Source of the DNA: Alkalilimnicola ehrlichii MLHE-1
GTDB lineage: Bacteria > Pseudomonadota > Gammaproteobacteria > Nitrococcales > Halorhodospiraceae
Length of the DNA stretch: 32,000 bases
Reading direction: 5' to 3'
Assembly (NCBI RefSeq): GCF_000014785.1
Contig: NC_008340.1
Span: forward strand, 3,180,001-3,212,000
The notes under the pieces are model-generated. The model searched no databases. It saw only the letters and a program-made list of their open reading frames with translations, and was not told where the DNA came from. Positions 10,011 through 19,399 of the stretch are shown in pieces; within the stretch, counting starts at the first letter, position 1, and every line of letters begins with the position of its first letter. A program made the translations under genes and the position numbers.

Positions 10011-11099
10011 ATGGCCCGAGCCGAACTGCCGCTGACCACACCGCCCCGCTCGCTCTGCATCCTGCGCTTTTCCGCGCTGGGGGACGTCACCCACATGACC
10101 CCGGTGGTGCGTACCCTGCAGCGGGAATGGCCGGAGACCCGCCTGACCTGGATCGTCGGCAAGGCCGAACACACCCTGGTGGGGGATATCCCCGGTGTGG
10201 ACTTCGCGGTCTTCGACAAGGCCGCTGGCTGGGCCGGTTATCGGGACCTGTGGCGGCAACTGCGCGGACAGCGGTTCGACGTGCTGCTGCACAACCAGTT
10301 CGCCCTGCGGGCCAATATCGCCAGCCTGGGCATCCGCGCGGACCTGCGGCTGGGTTACGACCGGGCCCGCTCCCGGGACCTGCACGGGCTGTTCATCAAC
10401 GCCCGCATCCCGCCCCACCCGGGCCAGCACGTCATCGACATCTACTTCAGTTTCATCGAAACCCTGGGGCTCCGGCGCCGGCACATGGTCTGGGACATTC
10501 CCGTGCCGGAGGCGGCCGAGGCCCGTGCCCGGGCACTGACCCCGGACGACACCCCCACGCTCGTGATCAGCCCCTGCTCCAGCCACGCCCTGCGCAACTG
10601 GACGGTGGCGGGCTGCGCCCGGGTCGCGGATCACGCCGCACGCCGCCACGGACTGCGCGTGCTGATCACCGGCGGCCCCTCTGAGGTGGAGCGGGAGACG
10701 GGCGCGGCCATCGCCGCGCAGGCAGAAACGGCGCCGGAGAACCTGGTGGGCCAGACCTCCATCAAGGAGATGCTCGCCCTGTTGGGCCGCGCCACGGCGG
10801 TGGTGAGCCCCGATTCCGGCCCGGCGCACATGGCCAACGCCATGGGCACGCCCGTGATCGGGCTCTACGCCTGCACTAACCCCGGTCGGGCGCGGCCCTA
10901 TTACAGCGGCCAGTGGTGCGTTGATCGCTATGACGAGGCCTCAAGGCGGGAGCTGGGCAGGCCCGCCAGCGAGATCCGCTGGGGCACCAAGATCGAGCGC
11001 CCGGGTGTGATGGCGCTGATCACCCCGGAGGACGTGATCGAACGGCTGGATGCCCTGATGGCCGCCGGTGCCCCGCGCGCCATTCCGCCGGAGACCTGA
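10011..11099 (+). CDS. Glycosyltransferase family 9 / lipopolysaccharide heptosyltransferase
   Basis: MARAELPLTTPPRSLCILRFSALGDVTHMTPVVRTLQREWPETRLTWIVGK plus VVSPDSGPAHMANAMGTPVIGLYACTNP. Start at ATG 10011, 7 nt after the acyltransferase stop. Confidence 0.9.
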   Translation: MARAELPLTTPPRSLCILRFSALGDVTHMTPVVRTLQREWPETRLTWIVGKAEHTLVGDIPGVDFAVFDKAAGWAGYRDLWRQLRGQRFDVLLHNQFALRANIASLGIRADLRLGYDRARSRDLHGLFINARIPPHPGQHVIDIYFSFIETLGLRRRHMVWDIPVPEAAEARARALTPDDTPTLVISPCSSHALRNWTVAGCARVADHAARRHGLRVLITGGPSEVERETGAAIAAQAETAPENLVGQTSIKEMLALLGRATAVVSPDSGPAHMANAMGTPVIGLYACTNPGRARPYYSGQWCVDRYDEASRRELGRPASEIRWGTKIERPGVMALITPEDVIERLDALMAAGAPRAIPPET

Positions 11100-11109
11100 G
11101 GGCGGGCCG

Positions 11110-11880
11110 CTATCGAGGACGGGCACCCTCGTAGCCGGCCAGCAGTGCCGAGAAGCAGGCCTCGGAATAGACCCAACGCTCGCGGATGCGCAGGCGTTTC
11201 TCCAGGTCCCGTTTTAACCGCTGCAGGTTGGCCTGGCGCCAGTCGGTCGCGGACTCCGGCCGGTGCTCGCCCCGGTCCCAGTCGATGATCCAGACCTCGC
11301 CCTTGGGGTCGATGAGGATGTTGCGGCTGTTCAGATCCGGATGCCAGTGGCCGGCGTCGTGGAAGCGGCGGATACAGGCCCCCACCGCCCGCCAAGTGGC
11401 CTCGCTGACCCCTTGCCCGCCCAGGTTCTCATCCAGCGACCGGGCGCCGGGCACCCGGACGGTGATCAGGTCCGCGGTGTAGGTGGGCCCCAGCCGCACC
11501 ACTCGCCCGGCCACGGGGCGTGGCACCGGCAGGCCCTCGTCATAGAGGCGGGCGGTGTAGTGCCACTCCTGCCAGGGCCGGGTCTCCTGCAGGCCCTGCC
11601 AGAGGTAGCGATCCCCCAGGGCCCGGGCAATAGTCCCGCCCCGCAAGTAGTGGCGCAGCACCCATTGCGGCGGCTCATCGCGCGAGCCTTCCCCGGGCCG
11701 TCCTCCGGCGGCGTCAGGCACACGGAAGAAGACCACGCTGCCCCGCCCGCCACCGCGGCCGGTCACCAGGCTGCGCCGTTCCAGCTCCGCCGGGTCGAAC
11801 CACCAGTGGGCGGGCGGCTGCGCCAGGGCCGTATCGTGGAGCACGCGGACCCGGCCCTCGCGCCAGTGCCGCCCCTCCAT
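11110..11880 (-). CDS. kdkA: 3-deoxy-D-manno-octulosonic acid (Kdo) kinase
   Basis: 256 aa ORF with QWVLRHYLRGG and RRFHDAGHWHPDLNSRNILIDPKGEVWIIDWDRGEHR, a KdkA-type kinase catalytic loop. Start overlaps the stop of the upstream Kdo hydroxylase gene. Confidence 0.85.
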   Translation of the reverse strand: MEGRHWREGRVRVLHDTALAQPPAHWWFDPAELERRSLVTGRGGGRGSVVFFRVPDAAGGRPGEGSRDEPPQWVLRHYLRGGTIARALGDRYLWQGLQETRPWQEWHYTARLYDEGLPVPRPVAGRVVRLGPTYTADLITVRVPGARSLDENLGGQGVSEATWRAVGACIRRFHDAGHWHPDLNSRNILIDPKGEVWIIDWDRGEHRPESATDWRQANLQRLKRDLEKRLRIRERWVYSEACFSALLAGYEGARPR

Positions 11881-12800
11881 CAGGCGGCCTGGCCGGCCTG
11901 CTCCAGCACCTGCCAGGGGGAGCGCTCGGGCAGGTGACAGGCCTCCGGCTTAACGTAGTAGGTGGCCACCAGCGCATGCTGACCGGCAAGCGCCGCGTGG
12001 CTCACCAGGTCGGTGAACACACACCAGCTGTGGAAGGGCTCGAAGGCCAACTGCACGCCCCGATCGGGGTCATTCTGGTAGTCGTCGCTGTCCTTCATCC
12101 AGTTATGCATCCGGCGCATGGCCCGGTCGTAGGGCGAGGTGTCGCCCACCACCTGAAGCTGCGGCAGGCCCAGGGCGGACAGCCCGCGCAGGGCACCGCT
12201 CCAGGCCCGCTCGGCCACGCCCTGGCGCAGCGAGGGGGCCGGCGCAATGCCGGCGGCCCCACCGTAGGCCTGGTAGAGCTCACGGAATTGCTCGGCGATC
12301 CGCCAGATGCGCGCCTCGTCCGGGTTGATGTTGGTGAAAAAGCGCAGCGGCCGCCAGCCGTGGGTGGCACCGGCCGGAAAGGCGTCCACGTGCAGCAGCT
12401 CGTTGTTGGAGTGGCGCTTGATCACCCGGCCCTTCTCCTGCACCGGCCGGAAGTTGACCTTGCGCGGGCTCCAGCTGGTGGCATAGCCGGGCAGCATCCG
12501 ACCCAGGAAGGCGTTCACCGTACGGCTGTGCTCGCGCAGGATGCGCAGCACCTGCTCGCCGGCATCACCCTCGTTCTTCATGCCGCTGATGTAGTCACCG
12601 TGGGGGTGATAGCTGATGTTCTTCAGCTTGATCAGCCGGCCCACCTCGCTGCGCAGGAAGTGCAGGTCCTCCTCGCTGGGCAGGGGCAGCCGCCCCGGCT
12701 CGAACAGCAGGATGTTGCCCTCCTCCAGGGTCCGCTCCAGGCGGTCGCCGGGGTGCTCGTACTCCTCGGCGGTGACGCGATGCAGGGGCTGGTCGCTCAT
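11880..12800 (-). CDS. kdoO: Kdo hydroxylase, Fe(II)/2-oxoglutarate-dependent type
   Basis: 306 aa ORF: MSDQPLHRVTAEEYEHPGDRLERTLEEGNILLFE, NISYHPHGDYISGM, and NELLHVDAFPAGATHGWRPLRFFTNINP with an HxD-type metal-binding motif. This resembles Kdo hydroxylase family proteins, and the gene is adjacent to kdkA. Confidence 0.8.
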   Translation of the reverse strand: MSDQPLHRVTAEEYEHPGDRLERTLEEGNILLFEPGRLPLPSEEDLHFLRSEVGRLIKLKNISYHPHGDYISGMKNEGDAGEQVLRILREHSRTVNAFLGRMLPGYATSWSPRKVNFRPVQEKGRVIKRHSNNELLHVDAFPAGATHGWRPLRFFTNINPDEARIWRIAEQFRELYQAYGGAAGIAPAPSLRQGVAERAWSGALRGLSALGLPQLQVVGDTSPYDRAMRRMHNWMKDSDDYQNDPDRGVQLAFEPFHSWCVFTDLVSHAALAGQHALVATYYVKPEACHLPERSPWQVLEQAGQAA

Positions 12801-12815
12801 GGCTTGTTCTCCGGA

Positions 12816-13778
12816 TCAGCTGGGCATGACCGCGGGGGCGTCCGCCACCGCGTCCAGGTAGTTGCGCACGCCGGTCTCGATATCGTTGAAGGCCAGGTCA
12901 CAGCCGGCGGCACGCAGCTGGCTGAGGTCGGCCTGGGTATAGCTCTGGTAGCGCCCCTTCAGGTGTTCCGGGAAGGGGATGTACTCGATCTCGCCGTGAC
13001 CGAACCAGTCGATCACGGCATGGGCCATGGCGTTGAAGGTGCGTGCCCGCCCGGTACCGCAGTTGTAGATCCCGCTGACCTCCGGGTGGTCCAGCAGCCA
13101 GAGCTTGAGCCGCACGCAGTCGCTCACGTCGACGAAGTCCCGGCGCTGCTCGCCGTCGGCGTACCCGTCACTGCCCTCGAACAGCCGCACCTGGCCGCTC
13201 TCCCGCAGCTGCCGGCTGAAGTGGTGGACCACACTGGCCATGCCCCCCTTGTGCTGCTCGCGCGGCCCGTAGACGTTGAAATAACGCAGGCCCACCACCT
13301 GGGCGGACAGGTCGTCCAGGTACCGCCGCAGGTACTGGTCGAAGGCCAACTTAGAGTAGCCGTAGACGTTCAACGGCCGCTCGTGCTCCGGGTGTTCGGT
13401 GAACACCGAGTTGCCGCCATAGACCGCCGCCGAGGAGGCGTAGATGAAGGGGATGCGCCGGTCCTGGCACCAGTGGAACAGCGCCCGGGAGTACTCGAAG
13501 TTGTTGCGCATCATGTAGCGCCCATCCCACTCGGTGGTGGCGGAACAGGCCCCCAGGTGGAAGACGGCCTCCACCGGCCCCAGGCCTTCGTCGGCCTCGA
13601 TCAGGGTGATGAAGTCGTCCTTGTCGTAGTAGTCGGCGATCACGCAGTCGGCCAGGTTGAGCGCCTTCTCGCCCCGGGTGAGGTTGTCCACCACGATGAC
13701 GTCGGTGCGCCCACGCCGGTTGAGCTCGTGGACCAGATTGCTGCCGATGAAGCCGGCTCCGCCGGTAACGATGATCAC
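12816..13778 (-). CDS. hldD: ADP-L-glycero-D-manno-heptose-6-epimerase
   Basis: [23 protein letters not shown]; [12 protein letters not shown]; [13 protein letters not shown]; [25 protein letters not shown], diagnostic for HldD. GTG start with AGGAG 7 nt upstream. Confidence 0.95.
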   Translation of the reverse strand: MIIVTGGAGFIGSNLVHELNRRGRTDVIVVDNLTRGEKALNLADCVIADYYDKDDFITLIEADEGLGPVEAVFHLGACSATTEWDGRYMMRNNFEYSRALFHWCQDRRIPFIYASSAAVYGGNSVFTEHPEHERPLNVYGYSKLAFDQYLRRYLDDLSAQVVGLRYFNVYGPREQHKGGMASVVHHFSRQLRESGQVRLFEGSDGYADGEQRRDFVDVSDCVRLKLWLLDHPEVSGIYNCGTGRARTFNAMAHAVIDWFGHGEIEYIPFPEHLKGRYQSYTQADLSQLRAAGCDLAFNDIETGVRNYLDAVADAPAVMPS

Positions 13779-13810
13779 TGTACTGCTCCTGCCATTGGGA
13801 TATTGAAGGC

Positions 13811-13816
13811 ATTGTA
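13811..13816 (-). promoter_or_regulatory. Candidate -10 element upstream of hldD
   Basis: The - strand reads TACAAT at 13816-13811 in the 81-nt gap between hldE and hldD; no convincing -35 was found. Confidence 0.25.
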
Positions 13817-13859
13817 AGCGGGGTACCCGGCGGGGAAAAGCAGCCGCCGGGGCCGGCGC

Positions 13860-15293
13860 TCAGGTGTCGGGGGCGGACTGCATGCGCTCGATCATCGCCG
13901 AGGTGGAGCAGCCGTCGAGGAAGTCGAGGATCTCCACCCGGCCGCCGTGGGCCACCACGGCATCGTGGCCGGCGATCGCCTCGGGTTGGTAGTCGCCCCC
14001 CTTGACCAGCACATCGGGCAGCACCGCGCCGATCACCCGCGCCGGGGTGTCCTCGCTGAAGGGCACCACCCAGTCCACCGAGGCCAGCCCGGCCAATACC
14101 GCCATGCGCTGTTGCACGGGGTTGATCGGGCGCCCCTCGCCCTTCAACCGGCGCACCGAGGCGTCGTCGTTCACCGCCACAATGAGCCGGTCGCCCCGGC
14201 TGCGCGCCTGCTCCAGGTAGGCCACATGGCCGGCGTGGAGTAGATCGAAGCAGCCGTTGGTCATGACGATACGCTCGCCGTGGGCGCGGGCATCGGCCAC
14301 CGCGTGCAGCAGCTCCGGCTCGGTGAGCACGCCGCGCCCGCTCTGCTCCTGCTCCTGCAGCGCCCGGCGCAGTTCCGCCACGCTGACCGTGGCGGTGCCC
14401 AACTTGCCCACCACGATGCCGGCGGCGAGATTGGCCAGCGCCATGGCCTGGGGCAGGGCGAGCCCGGTGGCCAGGCCGGTGGCCAGGGTCGCGATCACCG
14501 TATCGCCGGCGCCGGTGACATCGAAGACTTCCCGCGCCCGCGCCGCCAGGTGTACCGGCGCCTCGCCCGGGCGCACCAGGCTCATGCCGTCCTCGCCGCG
14601 GGTGACCAGCAGCGCCTCGATGCCACACTCCCGGGCCAGGGCCTCGCCGCGCCGGACCAGGGTGTCCTCGTCCGCGCAGCGGCCGACCACCGCCTCGAAC
14701 TCCGCCAGGTTGGGGGTGATCAGGGTGGCGCCGCGGTAGATGGAGAAATCCCGCCCCTTGGGGTCGGCCAGCACCGGCACCCCGGCCTCGCGTGCCGCCT
14801 CGATCAGCGGCCGGGGGTCGCGCAACGCCCCCTTGGCGTAATCCGAGAGCACCACCGCACCGCAACCGGCGAGCAACGGGCGGTACTGGGGCAACAGGTC
14901 GCGGGCGTGGGCCCCTGGGAAACCATCCTCGAAGTCCAGCCGGATAAGCTGCTGGTGGCGGCTGATCACCCGCAGCTTGGTGATGGTGGCCGCCCCGGGC
15001 TGGCGGCGGAAGTGGCAGGCCACCCCGGCGTTCTCGAGCAGGGAGGCCAGTTCGTTGGCGGCCTCGTCCTGGCCGGTGATGCCCACCAGCTCGGGCTGCC
15101 CGCCCAGGGCGGCCACGTTGAGCGCCACGTTGCCGGCGCCACCGGGGCGCTGCTCGATATCGCGCACGTGCACCACCGGCACCGGCGCCTCGGGGGAGAT
15201 GCGGTCGGTACCGCCGTGCCAGTAGCGGTCCAGCATCAGGTCACCGGCCACCAGCACGCGGGCCTGGTCGAAGGGAGGGAGGGTGATTTTCAT
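13860..15293 (-). CDS. hldE: Bifunctional D-glycero-beta-D-manno-heptose-7-phosphate kinase / heptose-1-phosphate adenylyltransferase
   Basis: N-terminal PfkB-type kinase ([15 protein letters not shown]...[14 protein letters not shown]) fused to a C-terminal nucleotidyltransferase ([44 protein letters not shown]). Confidence 0.96.
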   Translation of the reverse strand: MKITLPPFDQARVLVAGDLMLDRYWHGGTDRISPEAPVPVVHVRDIEQRPGGAGNVALNVAALGGQPELVGITGQDEAANELASLLENAGVACHFRRQPGAATITKLRVISRHQQLIRLDFEDGFPGAHARDLLPQYRPLLAGCGAVVLSDYAKGALRDPRPLIEAAREAGVPVLADPKGRDFSIYRGATLITPNLAEFEAVVGRCADEDTLVRRGEALARECGIEALLVTRGEDGMSLVRPGEAPVHLAARAREVFDVTGAGDTVIATLATGLATGLALPQAMALANLAAGIVVGKLGTATVSVAELRRALQEQEQSGRGVLTEPELLHAVADARAHGERIVMTNGCFDLLHAGHVAYLEQARSRGDRLIVAVNDDASVRRLKGEGRPINPVQQRMAVLAGLASVDWVVPFSEDTPARVIGAVLPDVLVKGGDYQPEAIAGHDAVVAHGGRVEILDFLDGCSTSAMIERMQSAPDT

Positions 15294-15330
15294 GGATCGC
15301 CAATAATAGCCTGCCTCTGCGTGGACAGGC

Positions 15331-15336
15331 AGTATA
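15331..15336 (-). promoter_or_regulatory. Candidate -10 element upstream of hldE
   Basis: The - strand reads TATACT, 38 nt before the ATG; the -35 is not clear. Confidence 0.3.
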
Positions 15337-15377
15337 ACGGCATTGGGCGGGGGTTAGGGACGGTTTACGGTCGCCCG

Positions 15378-15836
15378 TCAGGCCGCCGCCGTCTCCTGGC
15401 TCTCGGCCCGCGAGGCCACCAGTACCGTGGCCTCGCCCACCACCACCACGCGCCCCTTCACCGTGCAGACGGTCTCCAGCGTCGCCCGGCGGCGTTCGAC
15501 GTCCAGGGCGCGCACGGTGGCGGTGGCCTTAACGGTGTCACCGATACGCACCGGCGCCTTGAACTTGATGAACTGGTCCAGGTAAATCGCCCCCGGTCCC
15601 GGCAGGCGGGTGCCGAGCACGCAGGAGATAAGCCCCGCCAGGAACATCCCATGCACGATGCGGCCGCGGGCGAAGGTGTTGGAGGCGAACTCCTCGTTGA
15701 TATGCACCGGGTTGTTGTCACCCGACAGGCCGGCGTAGAGCACCACATCGGTCTCGGTGACCGTCTTGGCGTAGGAGCCGGACATGCCCTCTTCCAGGTC
15801 CTCGATGTAGTAACCCTGATACTCGTCCAACATCAT
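15378..15836 (-). CDS. MaoC-like (R)-specific enoyl-CoA hydratase / hotdog-fold dehydratase
   Basis: MMLDEYQGYYIEDLEEGMSGSYAKTVTETDVVLYAGLSGDNNPVHINEEFASNTFARGRIVHGMFLAGLISCVLG carries the MaoC hydratase motif GDxNPxH. The listed ORF extends to 16220 but overlaps cobQ; plausible starts are 15836 or 15875. Confidence 0.88.
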   Translation of the reverse strand: MMLDEYQGYYIEDLEEGMSGSYAKTVTETDVVLYAGLSGDNNPVHINEEFASNTFARGRIVHGMFLAGLISCVLGTRLPGPGAIYLDQFIKFKAPVRIGDTVKATATVRALDVERRRATLETVCTVKGRVVVVGEATVLVASRAESQETAAA

Positions 15837-15943
15837 CTCAGGCACCTCAGAATGCGTGGTAAGACCAACGGTCATGATGCACTGCACAATGCACCATGGC
15901 GTCAGTCTTTGCAAGGCCCGCACGGTGCCCGGCGCGCCCCCGA

Positions 15944-17476
15944 TCAGCCATCCGGGCTCAGACCGAGCCAGGGGCGGAGCCGGGCCAGGTCCAGATGCCG
16001 CCCGCAGGTCTCGGCAAGGCGGTCCAGGTCCGCCTCGCGGCGGCTGTCGTAACTCACCGCTCTGCCCCGCGCGCGCCAGCCCATGGCTGCCAGCAGCGCA
16101 CGGCGGGCGTCGGGCTCGTCCAACAGCCCGTGCACATAGCTGCCCATCACCTGGCCGTCCGCCGACACGGCACCCTCCGCGCGCCCATCCGGTTCCACCC
16201 GCAGCAGCGGACGGGCACAACCGGGACCGGCGGTGACGCCGTTGTGAATCTCGTAACCCCGCCAGCGCGCCTGCGGGTTCCCGACCAGATCACCTGCCAC
16301 CTGGCGGAGCTGCTTGTCCGGCGCAAGCACGGTGTCCACATCCAGCCACCCCAAACCCCGTAGACTGCCGGCCGGGCCCTCCACGCCGCCAGGATCGGCG
16401 ATCCGCCGGCCCAGCATCTGATAGCCGCCGCACAGCCCCAGCACGTGACCGCCATAGCGCAGGTGCCGGGAGATGACCTCCGCCCAGCCCTGCTCGCGCA
16501 GCCAGGCAAGGTCGGCGCGCACGCTTTTGCTGCCCGGCAGCACGATCAGGTCCGCCGGGGGCGGCGGCTGCCCGGGCCCGACGAAGGTCACCGACACCCC
16601 CGGCTCCAGGCGCAGGGGGTCCAGATCGTTGTGGTTGCTGATCCGGGGCAGGGCCGGCACCACCACGTGAAACCCTGTGCCTCCCGCGCCGCCCCCATCG
16701 CCGGGCGCAATGCTGTCCTCCGCATCCAGCAATAGCCCCCGCACCCAGGGCAGCACCCCGAACACCGGCTTTCCGGTGCGCCGTTCCAGCCAGTCCAGGC
16801 CCGGCTGCAGTAACGCCGAATCACCCCGGAAGCGGTTGATGATAAAGCCGCAGACCCGCGCCCGCTCACTCTCCGAGAGCAGCGCCAGCGTGCCGACAAT
16901 CTGCGCGAAGACCCCGCCACGGTCGATGTCCGCCACCAGGATGACGGGGCAGTCCACCGCCTCGGCGAACCCCATGTTGGCGATATCGCCCTCGCGCAGG
17001 TTGATCTCCGCCGGTGAGCCCGCGCCCTCGGCCAGCACCAGGGCGTGGCGGGCGGCCAGCCGGGCATGGGCCCCAAGCGCCGCCTCCCGGGCCACCGCCT
17101 TGTAGCGCTGATAGCCAACGGCATCCCGGTGGCCGATGGCCCGGCCATTGACGATCACCTGCGCCCCCCGGTCGCTCTCCGGCTTGAGCAGCACCGGATT
17201 CATGTCGGTATGGGGCGCCAGGCCGCAGGCGCGGGCCTGGAGGGCCTGGGAGCGGCCGATCTCGCCGCCGTCGTCAGTCACTGCCGCGTTCAGCGCCATG
17301 TTCTGCGGCTTGAAGGGGGCCACGTCCACCCCCCGCCGGTGCAGCAGCCGGCACAGCCCCGCGACCACCGTGGTCTTGCCGGCGTCCGAGGTGGTGCCCT
17401 GGATCATCACGGTGTGCCCCGAGACCGGGCTGTCCGTCGCGGCCGGTCCGGCCGGGCCAGCGCCCCCGTCAGTCAT
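15944..17476 (-). CDS. cobQ: Cobyric acid synthase
   Basis: [44 protein letters not shown]...[11 protein letters not shown]...YEIHNG with a class I glutamine amidotransferase-like domain. ATG at 17476 overlaps the cobB stop. Confidence 0.95.
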   Translation of the reverse strand: MTDGGAGPAGPAATDSPVSGHTVMIQGTTSDAGKTTVVAGLCRLLHRRGVDVAPFKPQNMALNAAVTDDGGEIGRSQALQARACGLAPHTDMNPVLLKPESDRGAQVIVNGRAIGHRDAVGYQRYKAVAREAALGAHARLAARHALVLAEGAGSPAEINLREGDIANMGFAEAVDCPVILVADIDRGGVFAQIVGTLALLSESERARVCGFIINRFRGDSALLQPGLDWLERRTGKPVFGVLPWVRGLLLDAEDSIAPGDGGGAGGTGFHVVVPALPRISNHNDLDPLRLEPGVSVTFVGPGQPPPPADLIVLPGSKSVRADLAWLREQGWAEVISRHLRYGGHVLGLCGGYQMLGRRIADPGGVEGPAGSLRGLGWLDVDTVLAPDKQLRQVAGDLVGNPQARWRGYEIHNGVTAGPGCARPLLRVEPDGRAEGAVSADGQVMGSYVHGLLDEPDARRALLAAMGWRARGRAVSYDSRREADLDRLAETCGRHLDLARLRPWLGLSPDG

Positions 17477-18768
17477 TGCACCGGCCCCCCGAGCAGTTCC
17501 GCCGTGGCCTCGGGACTGGAGGGGAAGTAGTGATGCTGGTAGCCGGCCACCACGCTGCCCCGGCGGTAGACCGCCTCGCCCTTCCCGCCGCGCAGCCGCT
17601 CGCAGTGAAACCAGGGGGTGAGCGCCACCTCCGCCTGGCTGTGGTGGAAGGTGTGACCGCGCAGCCCACCGGACGGGTAGTCGGCGCGCTGCAGGCCCAG
17701 GGCCGTCAGTCGCGGGCGCATCCAGGCGCGGCCCGGCAGCAGTCCGGCCATGGGCGCGGCGTGACCCTCCCCATCCACCAGTTCCTCCAGCAGATAGAGA
17801 AAGCCGCCGCACTCGGCCAGCAGCGGTCGCTCCGCCGCCACGTGGACGGCCAGTGCCCGATGCATGGCGTGGTTGCGCGACAGCGCCTCCAGGTGCAGCT
17901 CCGGATAGCCGCCAGGCAGCCAGACGGCGTCCACCGCCGGCAGCGCCTCGTCGTGCAGGGGCGAAAACCAGGTCACCTCCGCCCCCAGGGCCCGCAGGCC
18001 GTCCACATTGGCCGGATAGATGAAGGAGAAGGCCTCGTCCCGGGCGATGCCGATGCGCCGGCCGGCCAACAGCCCCGGTGTGGGCACCTCCGGCTCGGGT
18101 CGGAAGGCCACGGGGGGCGGCAACGCCCCGGCCCCGGTCTTACCCATGGCCGCGGCCACCTCGTCCAGCCGGCCGTCCAGGTCGTCCACCTCCTCCGGCT
18201 GGCAAAGGCCGAGGTGGCGGTCGGGGAACTGCGCCGCGGGCGAGCGCGGCAGGGCACCGAACCAGGTCATGCCCGCGGGCAGGCTCTCCCGCAGCAGCCG
18301 GGTGTGGCCCTCGCCGGCCACCCGGTTGGCCAGGACCCCTGCCACCGTCACGTCGGCCCGATATTCCGCCAGCCCGTAGGCCACCGCGCCGAAGGTCTGA
18401 CCCATGGCCGAGGCGTCGATCAGCAGGCAGACGGGCACACCGAAGGCCTCGGCCAGGTCGGCGCTGGAGGGCACGCCGTCGTAGAGGCCCATGCTGCCCT
18501 CAATGAGAATCAGGTCCGCCTCGGCGGCCGCCTGGTAGAGCTGGCGACGGCTCTCCTGGCGCCCCACCATCCAGAGATCGATCTGGCGCACCGGGGCGCC
18601 GCTGGCGCGGGTGAGCATCAGCGGGTCGAGGAAATCCGGCCCCGTCTTGAAGACCCGCACCGTGCGGCCCTGATTGCGGTGATAGCGGGCCAGAGCTGCA
18701 CAGACGGTGGTCTTGCCCTGGCCGGAGGCCGGGGCAGTGACCAGCATCGCGGGGCAATGGCGGGTCAC
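17473..18768 (-). CDS. cobB: Cobyrinic acid a,c-diamide synthase
   Basis: [50 protein letters not shown]; [15 protein letters not shown]; GHTFHHSQ, typical of CobB/CbiA. Confidence 0.95.
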   Translation of the reverse strand: MTRHCPAMLVTAPASGQGKTTVCAALARYHRNQGRTVRVFKTGPDFLDPLMLTRASGAPVRQIDLWMVGRQESRRQLYQAAAEADLILIEGSMGLYDGVPSSADLAEAFGVPVCLLIDASAMGQTFGAVAYGLAEYRADVTVAGVLANRVAGEGHTRLLRESLPAGMTWFGALPRSPAAQFPDRHLGLCQPEEVDDLDGRLDEVAAAMGKTGAGALPPPVAFRPEPEVPTPGLLAGRRIGIARDEAFSFIYPANVDGLRALGAEVTWFSPLHDEALPAVDAVWLPGGYPELHLEALSRNHAMHRALAVHVAAERPLLAECGGFLYLLEELVDGEGHAAPMAGLLPGRAWMRPRLTALGLQRADYPSGGLRGHTFHHSQAEVALTPWFHCERLRGGKGEAVYRRGSVVAGYQHHYFPSSPEATAELLGGPVQ

Positions 18769-19370
18769 AGCTCCACTCCCTTCTGGGCGCGGATGCCGGC
18801 CTCGAAGGCGTGTTTGACCCGCCCCATCTCGGTGACCGTATCGGCCGCATCCAGCAGGGCCGGCGGGGCATCACGGCCGGTGACCAGCACGTGCTGACGG
18901 GCCGGCCGGTCAGCCAGGTCGGCCAGCACCTGCTGAAGATCGAGGTACTCCCGTTTGAGCGCAATATTCAGCTCATCCAATAGCACCAGATCCACATCCG
19001 GATCGGAGAGCAGGTCCCGGCTCACGGCCCAGGCCGCCTCCGCGGCGCGGATATCGCGTGCCCGGTCCTGCGTCTCCCAGGTGAACCCCTCGCCCATCAC
19101 GTGGTAGCGCACCCCCGGCTGCCGCCGGAAGAAGCGCTCCTCCCCGGTCTTGAACCGGCCCTTGATGAACTGCACCACGCCCACTTGCATGCCGTGGCCC
19201 AGGGCACGGGCGAGCATGCCGAAGCCGGAACTGGACTTGCCCTTGCCCGGCCCGGTGAGCACGAGCAGCACCCCCTTGCGCTTCCGGGCGGCCTTGATGC
19301 GGGCGTCCACCGCCTGCTTTTTCTCCGCCATACGGCGGGCGTGATCGCGGTTACTGGGATTGTCGGTCAT
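18765..19370 (-). CDS. cobO: Cob(I)yrinic acid a,c-diamide adenosyltransferase
   Basis: MTDNPSNRDHARRMAEKK...GVLLVLTGPGKGKSSSGFGMLARALGHGMQVGVVQFIKG; DLVLLDELNIALKREYLD; HVLVTGRDAPPALLDAADTVTEM. ATGA overlap with cobB. Confidence 0.95.
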   Translation of the reverse strand: MTDNPSNRDHARRMAEKKQAVDARIKAARKRKGVLLVLTGPGKGKSSSGFGMLARALGHGMQVGVVQFIKGRFKTGEERFFRRQPGVRYHVMGEGFTWETQDRARDIRAAEAAWAVSRDLLSDPDVDLVLLDELNIALKREYLDLQQVLADLADRPARQHVLVTGRDAPPALLDAADTVTEMGRVKHAFEAGIRAQKGVEL

Positions 19371-19399
19371 CGCGGGTCTCGACGCCTGTGCCATTGGCA

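Noticed and set aside
11934-13817. 627-aa + strand ORF across kdoO and hldD
   Set aside because: It is entirely antisense to well-supported genes and its composition (HPPVVG, GVAQHP, etc.) matches a shadow frame of high-GC coding DNA.
13351-14865. 504-aa - strand ORF overlapping hldD and hldE
   Set aside because: It is an out-of-frame reading of two strongly supported genes, rich in G/R/A with no recognisable domain.
14280-16052. 590-aa + strand ORF antisense to hldE and the MaoC gene
   Set aside because: Antisense shadow ORF with no motif; both sense genes are unambiguous.
15837-16220. N-terminal extension of the MaoC ORF up to 16220
   Set aside because: This part overlaps the C-terminus of cobQ in another frame and has G/R/P-rich junk composition. 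The conserved MaoC sequence begins near 15836.
16237-16283. Possible frameshift suggested by the overlap between cobQ and the long MaoC ORF
   Set aside because: cobQ continues uninterrupted to a normal stop at 15944 with conserved C-terminal motifs, so no frameshift is needed.
17476-18897. 473-aa + strand ORF antisense to cobB
   Set aside because: Shadow frame of cobB; the protein is low complexity.
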